A stretch of 64,000 nucleotides of DNA from Nitrososphaerota archaeon. Lineage in GTDB: Archaea > Thermoproteota > Nitrososphaeria > Nitrososphaerales > Nitrosopumilaceae. A program made the translations under genes and the position numbers. Shown piece by piece: positions 29,547 to 37,872 of the stretch. The stretch lies in the NCBI GenBank assembly GCA_028867755.1, contig JAGWFT010000001.1, positions 1,092,727-1,156,726 of the forward strand, given 5' to 3'. The notes under the pieces are model-generated. The model searched no databases. It worked only from the letters and a program-made list of their open reading frames with translations, and was not told the origin of the DNA. The stretch's first letter is position 1, and each line of letters opens with the position of its first letter.

Positions 29547-30836
29547 TTACGGAAACAGCCTTTCTGGATCTCTTGGATAGAGAACAACTTCCCTTACATT
29601 ATCAATCTTAGTCAGGACTGACATTAATCTGTCAAGGCCCAGACCCCATCCAGAATGTGGAGGCATACCCCAATCAAATGCCTTGAGGTGATCTTCGAAT
29701 TGAGACGGGTTTAGTCCTTGTTCGGTCAATCTTTCCCTAAGCTTGTTTGGATCGTGCAGACGCCTTCCACCTGATGATAACTCAAGATACCCATATTGCA
29801 AATCAAATGACTTGGATAGTGATTGATCATCTTCTTTTTCGTGTATGTAAAATGGCTTGAGCTTCATAGGCCAGTCTATCAAAAAGTAGAACCCGGAATG
29901 TAGTTCTCCAAGTTTTCTCAAATGAGAGTCTAGTAAATCGTCACCATTTGCAAGACTAATGCCTTCTTTGCCAAGTTCTTCGATAGCTTGCTTGTAAGTT
30001 ATTTTCTCAAATGGCGTCTTGGGTTTTTTGATATCAATTCCTAGAATTTTTTGTTCGTCTATACAGTTCTTTTCAACATATTCAAAAACATTGGTCACAA
30101 GTTTTTCTAGAATTTCTGCAACATCAAGATAATCCATGAAATCAGCTTCAATGTCTACACTTGTAAATTCGGTAAGATGTCTAACGGTATGCGATTTTTC
30201 TGCCCTGTAAAACGATGCTATTTCAAAAACTCTTTCAAGCCCAATTGTTAGCTGCTCTTTGTAAAGTTGCGGGCTCTGTGCAAGATATGCTTGCTTGTCA
30301 AAATATTTCAGAGAGAACAGGTTTGCACCCCCTTCACTGGCGCTTCCAATTATTTTTGGTGTATTTACTTCAATGAAACCAAGATCTACCAAAGTTTTTC
30401 GCATTGATTGCAATACATGGTGGCGCATTTTGAAAATGGCCGCAGTTTTCTGATTTCTTAGATCAAGCGCTCGTGCATTTAATCTATTATCAATATTACT
30501 TTCTAACCTTCCTATTGGGTCAATTGGTAAAGGATGTACTGCACGTGACAAGATTTCTATCTTTTCTGATTTTATCTCAAATGGAAAATCTCTTGATTTA
30601 GTGTCTTGTATTGCACCAGTGATTCTCACTACACTTTGCCTATTGAGGTCTTTTACTTGCTTGATGCCCGCTTCTCCAACCACCACCACTTGGGCAACTC
30701 CTGTAACGTCTCTGAGTGTGAGAAAAGTGAGTTTTCCCAGTTCACGAAGGTCTTCTACCCAGCCTCCAACCACTACCTTTTGACCTTTCAGGGACTGGTT
30801 TATGCTACCAATATAGTGTGTCCTTTTCAAATCCAA
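29547..30836 (-). CDS. aspS: Aspartyl-tRNA synthetase (archaeal, probably non-discriminating)
   Basis: OB-fold N-terminus, EGGANLF, LAQSPQLYK, FYRAE, GMPPHSGWGLGLDR. Confidence 0.95.
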   Translation of the reverse strand: MDLKRTHYIGSINQSLKGQKVVVGGWVEDLRELGKLTFLTLRDVTGVAQVVVVGEAGIKQVKDLNRQSVVRITGAIQDTKSRDFPFEIKSEKIEILSRAVHPLPIDPIGRLESNIDNRLNARALDLRNQKTAAIFKMRHHVLQSMRKTLVDLGFIEVNTPKIIGSASEGGANLFSLKYFDKQAYLAQSPQLYKEQLTIGLERVFEIASFYRAEKSHTVRHLTEFTSVDIEADFMDYLDVAEILEKLVTNVFEYVEKNCIDEQKILGIDIKKPKTPFEKITYKQAIEELGKEGISLANGDDLLDSHLRKLGELHSGFYFLIDWPMKLKPFYIHEKEDDQSLSKSFDLQYGYLELSSGGRRLHDPNKLRERLTEQGLNPSQFEDHLKAFDWGMPPHSGWGLGLDRLMSVLTKIDNVREVVLYPRDPERLFP

Positions 30837-30845
30837 CTAGTTTTC

Positions 30846-31355
30846 TCACTTTCTTTCAAATTCAACAACTAGTTCTATCTTTCGCAGGTGTTGTGATATT
30901 ACGATTACTTTGTCTATATCAATTGGGAATCTTGGTGTCCTTCTTCCTGAAACTATGACCTTTGTCTTCCTAACTCCTCCAGGTGCCCACAATTGATTAA
31001 CTGCTAATATTTTGATTGGAAAGAACATGTCCTCAATGAACTTTTTATCATCACATCCTATTTCAACAAGCCAGATTTTGCCGATAAACTCGCCTTGAAG
31101 TATCCTGTAAAGTTCCCTACTTTGCCTTATAGTCATGATATCTGTACTGCTAAGATACAGTACGTAATTTCCGTTTGATTCCTGGCAGGAATTCAATGTG
31201 AATTTTTCAATTGGAGGTATTTTTTGGGATAGTTGAACTAACTTTATTGAGGCATCAACATCTGCCTTTGTGAGTTGTCCCGAGTCTAATTTGGACTCGC
31301 ATTGAGGACAAAGGATGCCATTCATAGCATCAAAGCTGCAAATAGGCGTCCTCAA
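30846..31355 (-). CDS. Archaeal NusA-like KH/zinc-finger protein
   Basis: ICSFD...LCPQCESKL N-terminus, KH-like C-terminus; TTG start. Confidence 0.65.
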   Translation of the reverse strand: MRTPICSFDAMNGILCPQCESKLDSGQLTKADVDASIKLVQLSQKIPPIEKFTLNSCQESNGNYVLYLSSTDIMTIRQSRELYRILQGEFIGKIWLVEIGCDDKKFIEDMFFPIKILAVNQLWAPGGVRKTKVIVSGRRTPRFPIDIDKVIVISQHLRKIELVVEFERK

Positions 31356-31494
31356 GGAAATCGATTTTTTGCTTACTTGAACTGGAAGATAAACTATGCG
31401 ATATCGGGCACTGTTGCGTTGTCAGGTGATCATTGATTTTCACTCAAAAATTCTACGTGTTACAGGTCGGGTGATAATAAAAATAATTAGGCAA

Positions 31495-31632
31495 TCATCT
31501 GCATTCTTTGCACCATGATTGCACCATTCTTACGCCCCCATTATTACGAATCCCGAAAAGTTCTTCTACTTTCGCAGAAGTATTGGCAACCTTTCCACAC
31601 TTGGGACATTCTGCACGGTCAAATTTTCCCAT
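31495..31632 (-). CDS. 45-aa C4 zinc-finger microprotein, not in the ORF track
   Basis: My translation: MGKFDRAECPKCGKVANTSAKVEELFGIRNNGGVRMVQSWCKECR*. Confidence 0.7.
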   Translation of the reverse strand: MGKFDRAECPKCGKVANTSAKVEELFGIRNNGGVRMVQSWCKECR

Positions 31633-31740
31633 AAAAAATAATGATCGCATATTGATATAAAGATCATGTTAATTCAACTTTATCTTTTAGTCAAGTGATC
31701 CTCAAACCGCTGGTTTTTTGATCACTCTGAAAGCAAGTCC

Positions 31741-31965
31741 ATGATGAAAAGGAATGAAAATAGATTCTTTTGGCGTGGTATCAAGCATGACATTCCTTTA
31801 TGTTGCATAATGTTCTTTGATTCAGCATGGGAATCCATTAGAAAAGATGTAAGAGAGTATGGTCAAACTATGTCTTTTCTAACTGATAATCAAGGTATAA
31901 TCATGTGTCCTGAATGTTTGCAAAAAAAACTCATGAGTTCAACTTTGCGTTCTGAATTAGCGTAA
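31741..31965 (+). CDS. Small hypothetical protein (CC...CxxC)
   Basis: 74-aa ORF with PLCCIMFF and MCPEC; 3' end overlaps the transposase remnant. Confidence 0.55.
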   Translation: MMKRNENRFFWRGIKHDIPLCCIMFFDSAWESIRKDVREYGQTMSFLTDNQGIIMCPECLQKKLMSSTLRSELA

Positions 31966-32209
31966 TCCATTTGTTATCTCCCTCTATCTTAATCCCTGCA
32001 ACTTCCGAAGGTGTCTTTCCATCTAAACTCATATGCGGTCTGATATAGTTATGATAGATTTGATAACCTGTAAGAATTGGCGTATCGGATTTCTTTAATC
32101 CTCTCATAACCTTCTCACGGTCACGAATTTCGCCGTTTAACCTCTCCATCATATTGTTATTCCTATCTCCTTTGAGAGTGATGTGAGATTCATGAACTAC
32201 TCTAGGCAT
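31931..32209 (-). mobile_element. C-terminal remnant of a DDE transposase (IS6/IS240-like)
   Basis: NNNMMERLNGEIRDREK...YHNYIRPHMSLDGKTP; in-frame stop shortly upstream, no N-terminal domain, no terminal inverted repeats seen. Confidence 0.75.
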
Positions 32210-32241
32210 TGACTCCGTCAGGTTTAGAGTCTAGTTAGAGT

Positions 32242-32478
32242 TTATGGGATTGTATGGTATTGGCGCCCAGCGGCTCCAAATGCTATAGCACAAGCAACTA
32301 CACCTACCACCATAATTACTGCATACTGTTGTGCCGTAGCTAATGGTGTGCATCCAATGTATCCGTAAGCTTGTTCTCCACATGGTTGTTGTGCAAAGGC
32401 TAGGTTAGTGCCTGAAATAGCAACTATACCTACCACCGTAATGATTCCAGCCAGTTTTGCGGGACCTAGGTTAACCAC
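32242..32478 (-). CDS. Small exported/membrane protein
   Basis: Signal-like N-terminus (AFA|QQ), Cys pair, C-terminal TM. Confidence 0.55.
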   Translation of the reverse strand: MVNLGPAKLAGIITVVGIVAISGTNLAFAQQPCGEQAYGYIGCTPLATAQQYAVIMVVGVVACAIAFGAAGRQYHTIP

Positions 32479-32639
32479 GCCATAAATAGGACACCATAAT
32501 ATTTACGCTTTAATTAGAAGCTAGTTTTTCATCAAAACAGGTCACAGGAAATCCCACTAATTTACCAGTGTAATGATTCAGACACTGTTCGACCCATGGT
32601 TGATCTTCTTTGTGTTCATTTTAGGTTGAAGAACAAAAA

Positions 32640-32927
32640 CTAACTTTCCATGATTTTGAAAAAATCTGCCATATCTTTTTCAGCAATTAGGTCGTCTCCT
32701 AAATGTAATTTGATCTCATCTATAATAGAATTGTAATCTTCCTTGTATACTTCTTTAAGCACAGTTTTTAGATATTCAGGATGTTCGTAACAATCCGTAA
32801 TTGTCACGTCGTAATGTGCATTGAGTTTGGCTACTACCAAGTTATAGTCAGTATTTCTCCTCCTCATTAGAACAACTTCTATGCACGATATTAGAGCAAT
32901 TTTATGTTGTTCCCCCACGCTCATCAC
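32640..32927 (-). CDS. Thaumarchaeal small helical protein (NitrOD-like output domain, tentative)
   Basis: LNAHYDVTITDCYEHPEYLKTVLKEVY pattern recalled from Nitrosopumilus output-domain families. Confidence 0.6.
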   Translation of the reverse strand: MMSVGEQHKIALISCIEVVLMRRRNTDYNLVVAKLNAHYDVTITDCYEHPEYLKTVLKEVYKEDYNSIIDEIKLHLGDDLIAEKDMADFFKIMES

Positions 32928-33020
32928 AATTCAATAGAAATTTGTGGTTTTAACTATTTCCAAAAATTAGTCAAATTGACTATGTTTTCTTATATTTTGG
33001 ACAATTAATCCATTATTCAT

Positions 33021-33030
33021 CCCCCCCCCC
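33021..33030. repeat. C10 homopolymer
   Basis: cccccccccc in an AT-rich intergenic region. Confidence 0.9.
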
Positions 33031-33091
33031 AATCTCTACAATTCTCATCTTGGAGTTTAATCTTAACTGATAATTATCAATGATCTTCAGA

Positions 33092-34078
33092 TCATTTTAA
33101 TCCGTTGATTATCAGTGTGATTACAAATGCTACTGATGCACTAGCAGGAATTGTTATTATCCATGCCCACACAATTCGTTTTCCTACACCCCACCTAACA
33201 GCAGATAATCGTCGCACTGCCCCAACACCCATTATACCTCCAGAAATTGCATGGGTTGTACTTGCCGGAATTCCAGCCCAAGCAAGAGTTGCAAGAATAG
33301 TTGCAGCCCCTGTCTCTGCAGAAAAGCCCTGATATGGTCTGAGATTAGTTATTTTCATGGCCATTGTCTTAATTATTCGCCACCCGCCAAAAAATGTTCC
33401 AAGACTCATTGCAGTGGCAGCCATTATGATCACATAAGATGGAATTTCAAATTTAGTTATGACACCTTGCGTGAGTAAGATAAGGGCTATCACACCCATT
33501 GTTTTTTGTCCATCGTTTGCACCATGAGTTAGTGAAAAATATGTAGAAGAAACAAGTTGTAACTTTCCAAAAACAGAATTTACTGTATGCGGTTTTGTTT
33601 TTGCAAAAAACCGCATTATCAACAATGCTACAAGAAAAGATATTGCTAGTCCAGCTATTGGCGAGATCACTATACCTGTCAATACAGTTTGAAGTCCACC
33701 AAAAATCAAGGCTTTAGAGCCCGCCCCTGCAAGACCAGCACCTAGAATGCCACCGACAAGTGCATGGCTACTAGAGGTTGGAAGCCCCAAAATCCATGTT
33801 ATGATATCCCATACTATTGCACCAGCCAGAGCACCTATGATTATGTTAAGTGTGACAAAATCAGGATGTATGATACCTTTTCCTATCGTAGTTGCAACAG
33901 CCACACCAAAAAGAAATGGGCCGACAAAATTTGCAAATGCTGCTATACCAACTGCTGGAAGAGGTTTGAGAATTCTAGTTCCAACAATAGTAGCAATGGA
34001 GTTTGCAGCGTCATGAAACCCATTTAGAAAATCAAAAACTAGTGCAGCTACTATAGCACCTATGGCAAGTCCTATCAT
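33092..34078 (-). CDS. pitA: PiT-family inorganic phosphate transporter
   Basis: NGFHDAANSIAT, GLPTSSSHALVG, HGANDGQK, PASTTH. Confidence 0.93.
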   Translation of the reverse strand: MIGLAIGAIVAALVFDFLNGFHDAANSIATIVGTRILKPLPAVGIAAFANFVGPFLFGVAVATTIGKGIIHPDFVTLNIIIGALAGAIVWDIITWILGLPTSSSHALVGGILGAGLAGAGSKALIFGGLQTVLTGIVISPIAGLAISFLVALLIMRFFAKTKPHTVNSVFGKLQLVSSTYFSLTHGANDGQKTMGVIALILLTQGVITKFEIPSYVIIMAATAMSLGTFFGGWRIIKTMAMKITNLRPYQGFSAETGAATILATLAWAGIPASTTHAISGGIMGVGAVRRLSAVRWGVGKRIVWAWIITIPASASVAFVITLIINGLK

Positions 34079-34085
34079 ACAAAAT

Positions 34086-34718
34086 CTACGTGTATTTTAG
34101 AACGACGTCTTCTATAGAATCAGCAACGTCAAGACATCTGTCAGAAGCATCTTCTAGTGCCTCGTAGATATCCTTCAGTTTTATAATATTGATAACATCA
34201 GTTGTTTCTAGCAAATCTCCGACAGCCTTTCTGTATACATCATCTGCGTGATGCTCTATCTCGCTAATTGCACGACAGTGTTCTATGATAGATTTGTTTA
34301 CCTTTAGCTTGTTCAGACTTGTAATCATGAGGTTAATCTCCTTTGTAGAGTGTTGAATATCTTGTGCTAACTCCAGCATGTAAGGAGGTGGTGATTTTAT
34401 CTTGAAATTAACAATTCTTCCAGATATGCCTTCAATGTAATCAATAATATCATCAGCTTTTGATGCAATTCTTGAAATATCTTCCCTATCAAGTGGAGTG
34501 ATGAATGTTTTGTTTAGTTCTTCAAAAACAGAGTGTGTCAACCCATCAGCTTCTCGCTCGATCTTTTTTATTTGGGAGTGGTTTTCGTTTAATTTATCGA
34601 AATTAGCAAATATGTCTACGAGCAGCTTTGATGCTTCTTCGGCCTTGCAGGCCAGACCATTTAAGAGTGACAAGATTTCTTTTTCATTTGATTTTATCCA
34701 CGACATCCATTGATTCAT
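34086..34718 (-). CDS. DUF47/PhoU-like Pit accessory protein
   Basis: IEREAD...FITPLDREDI...IEHHADD; adjacent to pit. Confidence 0.9.
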   Translation of the reverse strand: MNQWMSWIKSNEKEILSLLNGLACKAEEASKLLVDIFANFDKLNENHSQIKKIEREADGLTHSVFEELNKTFITPLDREDISRIASKADDIIDYIEGISGRIVNFKIKSPPPYMLELAQDIQHSTKEINLMITSLNKLKVNKSIIEHCRAISEIEHHADDVYRKAVGDLLETTDVINIIKLKDIYEALEDASDRCLDVADSIEDVVLKYT

Positions 34719-34851
34719 GTAGCTACTCTAAAATCTCATAGTTAAATGTCTGATGTATATAGCCCACATGATCTATATAGTTAGAAAATTTAATTGCGAT
34801 CAGGCAATTCCAAAAGGCAAATCTACTTGCATACCATAACCTAATTGTAAC

Positions 34852-35781
34852 ATGTTTGCTATTAATGACCTAATAGTACAATACCAATTACGAGGCAAGA
34901 TAGTCCATGCTGTAGATAGAGTCTCCTTTTCTCTTGAGAATAACGAATCATTAGGCATTGTAGGAGAGAGTGCATGTGGAAAAAGCACTCTAGGACTTGC
35001 AATAATCAGGTCTGTCATGGGTGGAAAAATTATTTCTGGAGAGATACTGCTTGATGGACAAGACATATTGAAAATGTCAGACGAAGAATTTACCAAAAAT
35101 ATACGTTGGAAGAAGATAGCCATGGTATTTCAAGGAGCCATGAACTCGCTAGACCCAGTTTTTTCAATCAAGCAGCAGTTCGAGGAGATTCTCAGAACGC
35201 ATGATTATAGTGGAAATCGCCTAGAAATGATAAATGAGGCTATTGCTTCAGTCGGCTTGCCTTCATCTGTATTGAACAAGTTCCCTCACGAACTTAGTGG
35301 AGGCATGAAACAAAGAGCAGTGATTGCCATGGCGTTGCTTTTGAAACCAGAACTAGTAATTGCAGATGAACCTACTACCGCACTTGATGTATTGGTACAA
35401 GCCCAAGTCTTGAGTTTACTTAAAAAACTCAAAAAGGAAGGCATGTCACTTGTGCTGATTTCCCATGATCTTGGAATAATATCAGAGATAGCTGATAAAG
35501 TTGCGATAATGTATGCAGGAAAGATAGTGGAGTTTGGTACTTTGCAAGAGGTTTATTCAAATCCCAAACATCCCTACACAAAGTCATTGCTAGAGTCTGT
35601 ACCAAAAATTAAAGGCAAGTCAGATTTGATGTCTTTGAAAGGAAATCCACCTGACTTGGCAAACCCTCCTGAAGGATGCAGATTTTACGACAGATGTTCT
35701 CAGGCCATGGAAAAATGCAGAAAAGACCCACAGAAAACCAAGACCAAATCTGGGTACGTATCATGTTGGCTCTATGAATAA
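34852..35781 (+). CDS. Oligo/dipeptide ABC transporter ATPase (OppD/DppD-like)
   Basis: GESACGKS, LSGGMKQR, IADEPTTALD, HPYT, C-terminal GCRFYDRC. Confidence 0.92.
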   Translation: MFAINDLIVQYQLRGKIVHAVDRVSFSLENNESLGIVGESACGKSTLGLAIIRSVMGGKIISGEILLDGQDILKMSDEEFTKNIRWKKIAMVFQGAMNSLDPVFSIKQQFEEILRTHDYSGNRLEMINEAIASVGLPSSVLNKFPHELSGGMKQRAVIAMALLLKPELVIADEPTTALDVLVQAQVLSLLKKLKKEGMSLVLISHDLGIISEIADKVAIMYAGKIVEFGTLQEVYSNPKHPYTKSLLESVPKIKGKSDLMSLKGNPPDLANPPEGCRFYDRCSQAMEKCRKDPQKTKTKSGYVSCWLYE

Positions 35782-35808
35782 GTAAATAAAAATTAAAAAA
35801 TTCTAAGC

Positions 35809-36723
35809 TTAGTGAGAGTATCTTGTCTGATTAAGACCGTTGCTTGGATAGTATGAATTGTAGATATTGAGTGCATTTTGTAATGCTTGTTGACTTGCGC
35901 TTGCTATTGAAGCATTTCTATCGTTTGAGTTTTGCTCATCGGTAGTTGTGCTAGTAAGACCTGCATATTGTGTAGATTGTATTTCTGTAAGCTTCTTTGC
36001 ATGAATCTCTTGGAATATTTGGATTGCCTTGTTTAATGAATCTGCATGTGCTGCATCTAGTTGACGACCTACAGTGTTCTCGTTAGTAGTACCACCTGAT
36101 TGAAGATTCAGGTAATTAGTGTCAATCTTTGTTATATCATTTACAAGTGCTGTTGCTTGTGCTTCCATAGCATTCCATGTCTTTTCAATTTGAGCTTGTC
36201 TGTCAATAGACTGCTCACTTGTTGTTCCTAGACTTTGTAGATTAGTATAGGCTGCATTTATTTTTGATAATTGTGAGACGATAGCTTCTGACTCGCTCAG
36301 TGATTGATCTGCTGCTTGAGCAATCATAGTAGTTCTGTTTCTTCCTTGCTCATCAGTTGTAACACTAGTCAAGCCTGTATAGTTAGTAGACTGGATATAT
36401 TGAAGCTGTCTGGCATGAATTTTATCAAACTGTGACATGGCATTTTCTAAAGATACCTGTGTTCCTGTAGTCAGGTCACGACCTTTAGTAGTCTCATCTG
36501 TTGTAGTAAAGGCCAGATTAGACCAGTCTCGTTGTGATTCGTTCATATTGTTAAATTGATACTTGTTAGAATAGACCAATGCTGCTCTTTGTTGAGCAAC
36601 AAGTTGTCGCTGAGCAATATCAGACCATTTATCATCCGCAAATACCATCTTACTTAGGTATAGAGAACTTCCGCTTAGGACTAAACCGCTGATCATTACT
36701 ACGGCTAGGAGTTTTACGTTCAC
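35809..36723 (-). CDS. Secreted protein with ~40-aa internal repeats
   Basis: Signal peptide; recurring TTTDE/TTDEQ/TTSEQ/TTNEN..R units; Gln/Thr/Ala-rich. Confidence 0.75.
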   Translation of the reverse strand: MNVKLLAVVMISGLVLSGSSLYLSKMVFADDKWSDIAQRQLVAQQRAALVYSNKYQFNNMNESQRDWSNLAFTTTDETTKGRDLTTGTQVSLENAMSQFDKIHARQLQYIQSTNYTGLTSVTTDEQGRNRTTMIAQAADQSLSESEAIVSQLSKINAAYTNLQSLGTTSEQSIDRQAQIEKTWNAMEAQATALVNDITKIDTNYLNLQSGGTTNENTVGRQLDAAHADSLNKAIQIFQEIHAKKLTEIQSTQYAGLTSTTTDEQNSNDRNASIASASQQALQNALNIYNSYYPSNGLNQTRYSH

Positions 36724-36879
36724 GTTTGAGTATCATATATCATAGCCTTTAAAACTTTGCGATAATAGGAATTTGACCAAGTGATCGCCTAATGCCTAAA
36801 TTATTCACCAGACGATCAGGTATGGGATCAGCAAAAAATCCATTTTTCTACGGTTGACCCATGCACACTTACAGTTTTC

Positions 36880-37872
36880 TTGATATACATGACAAACGAC
36901 CTAACTGTAGTGGAAGAGATCCTTTCTATAAAAAACTTGAAAAAGTACTTTGTAAAAGGAAGAGAATTTTCTCGCCAAAAAGAGACAATAAGGGCAGTGG
37001 ATGGGATATCATTTTCAATTACACGTGGCCAAACTTTTGTCCTTGCTGGAGAGTCTGGATCAGGTAAGACAACAATTGCCCGTTTGATATTGCGTGCGCT
37101 AGAACCTGACTCGGGTGAGATATTTTTTGACGGCACTAAAATAACTAATGATGTATCAAGTCTAAAAAAGATAAGAACTGAATGTCAAATGATACATCAA
37201 GACCCTTATGCATCAATTGATCCTAGAATGACGGTTCTTGACATAGTAAAAGAACCACTAGACATACATAACATTGGCAAATCAAACAAGAGAAGGGATT
37301 TAGTTTTTGAAGCATTAAGAGATGTGAAATTAGAGCCTGATGAGATTGTTTCAAAATATCCACACATGTTATCAGGTGGCCAAAGACAACGTGTGGCAAT
37401 CGCAAGAGCTATTGCAACAAAACCCAAACTAATCATAGCTGATGAGCCAGTATCTATGCTTGATGTTTCAGTTAGAGTCGGAATTTTGGAGTTGATGAGA
37501 GAGTTGCAAAATAAATACGGAATTTCATTTTTTTATATAACTCACGACTTGTCCACTGCAAGATATGTTGGACAGACGATTTTCATATTATATCTTGGCA
37601 AAATTGTAGAGATGGGCCCTATCAATGACGTATTATCACGACCGCGGCACCCATACACACAAGCATTATTGGATTCTATTTCAGAACCAACCCCAGACAA
37701 TTTACAAAAGGAAAAGAAAATTCGCATCAATGATCCTATTGATATCAATGTGTATCAAGGGTGCAGATTCAGAGCAAGATGTCCGTATGCTATTGAAAAG
37801 TGTAAACAAGAACCCAGTCTTGAACAAATTGATGGTCAGAGATCTGTTGCGTGTTTTGTGGAGATAAACTAG
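36880..37872 (+). CDS. Oligo/dipeptide ABC transporter ATPase (OppF/DppF-like)
   Basis: GESGSGKT, LSGGQRQR, IADEPVSMLD, HPYT, GCRFRARC. Confidence 0.92.
   Translation: MIYMTNDLTVVEEILSIKNLKKYFVKGREFSRQKETIRAVDGISFSITRGQTFVLAGESGSGKTTIARLILRALEPDSGEIFFDGTKITNDVSSLKKIRTECQMIHQDPYASIDPRMTVLDIVKEPLDIHNIGKSNKRRDLVFEALRDVKLEPDEIVSKYPHMLSGGQRQRVAIARAIATKPKLIIADEPVSMLDVSVRVGILELMRELQNKYGISFFYITHDLSTARYVGQTIFILYLGKIVEMGPINDVLSRPRHPYTQALLDSISEPTPDNLQKEKKIRINDPIDINVYQGCRFRARCPYAIEKCKQEPSLEQIDGQRSVACFVEIN

Noticed and set aside
31694-31726. Interrupted inverted repeat AGTGATC...GATCACT upstream of 31741
   Set aside because: Single short occurrence, not at the transposase boundary; insufficient to call an IS end or operator.
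32490-32620. Open minus-strand frame EHKEDQPWVEQCLNHYTGKLVGFPVTCFDEKLASN
   Set aside because: No start codon after the preceding stop, and no recognisable family.
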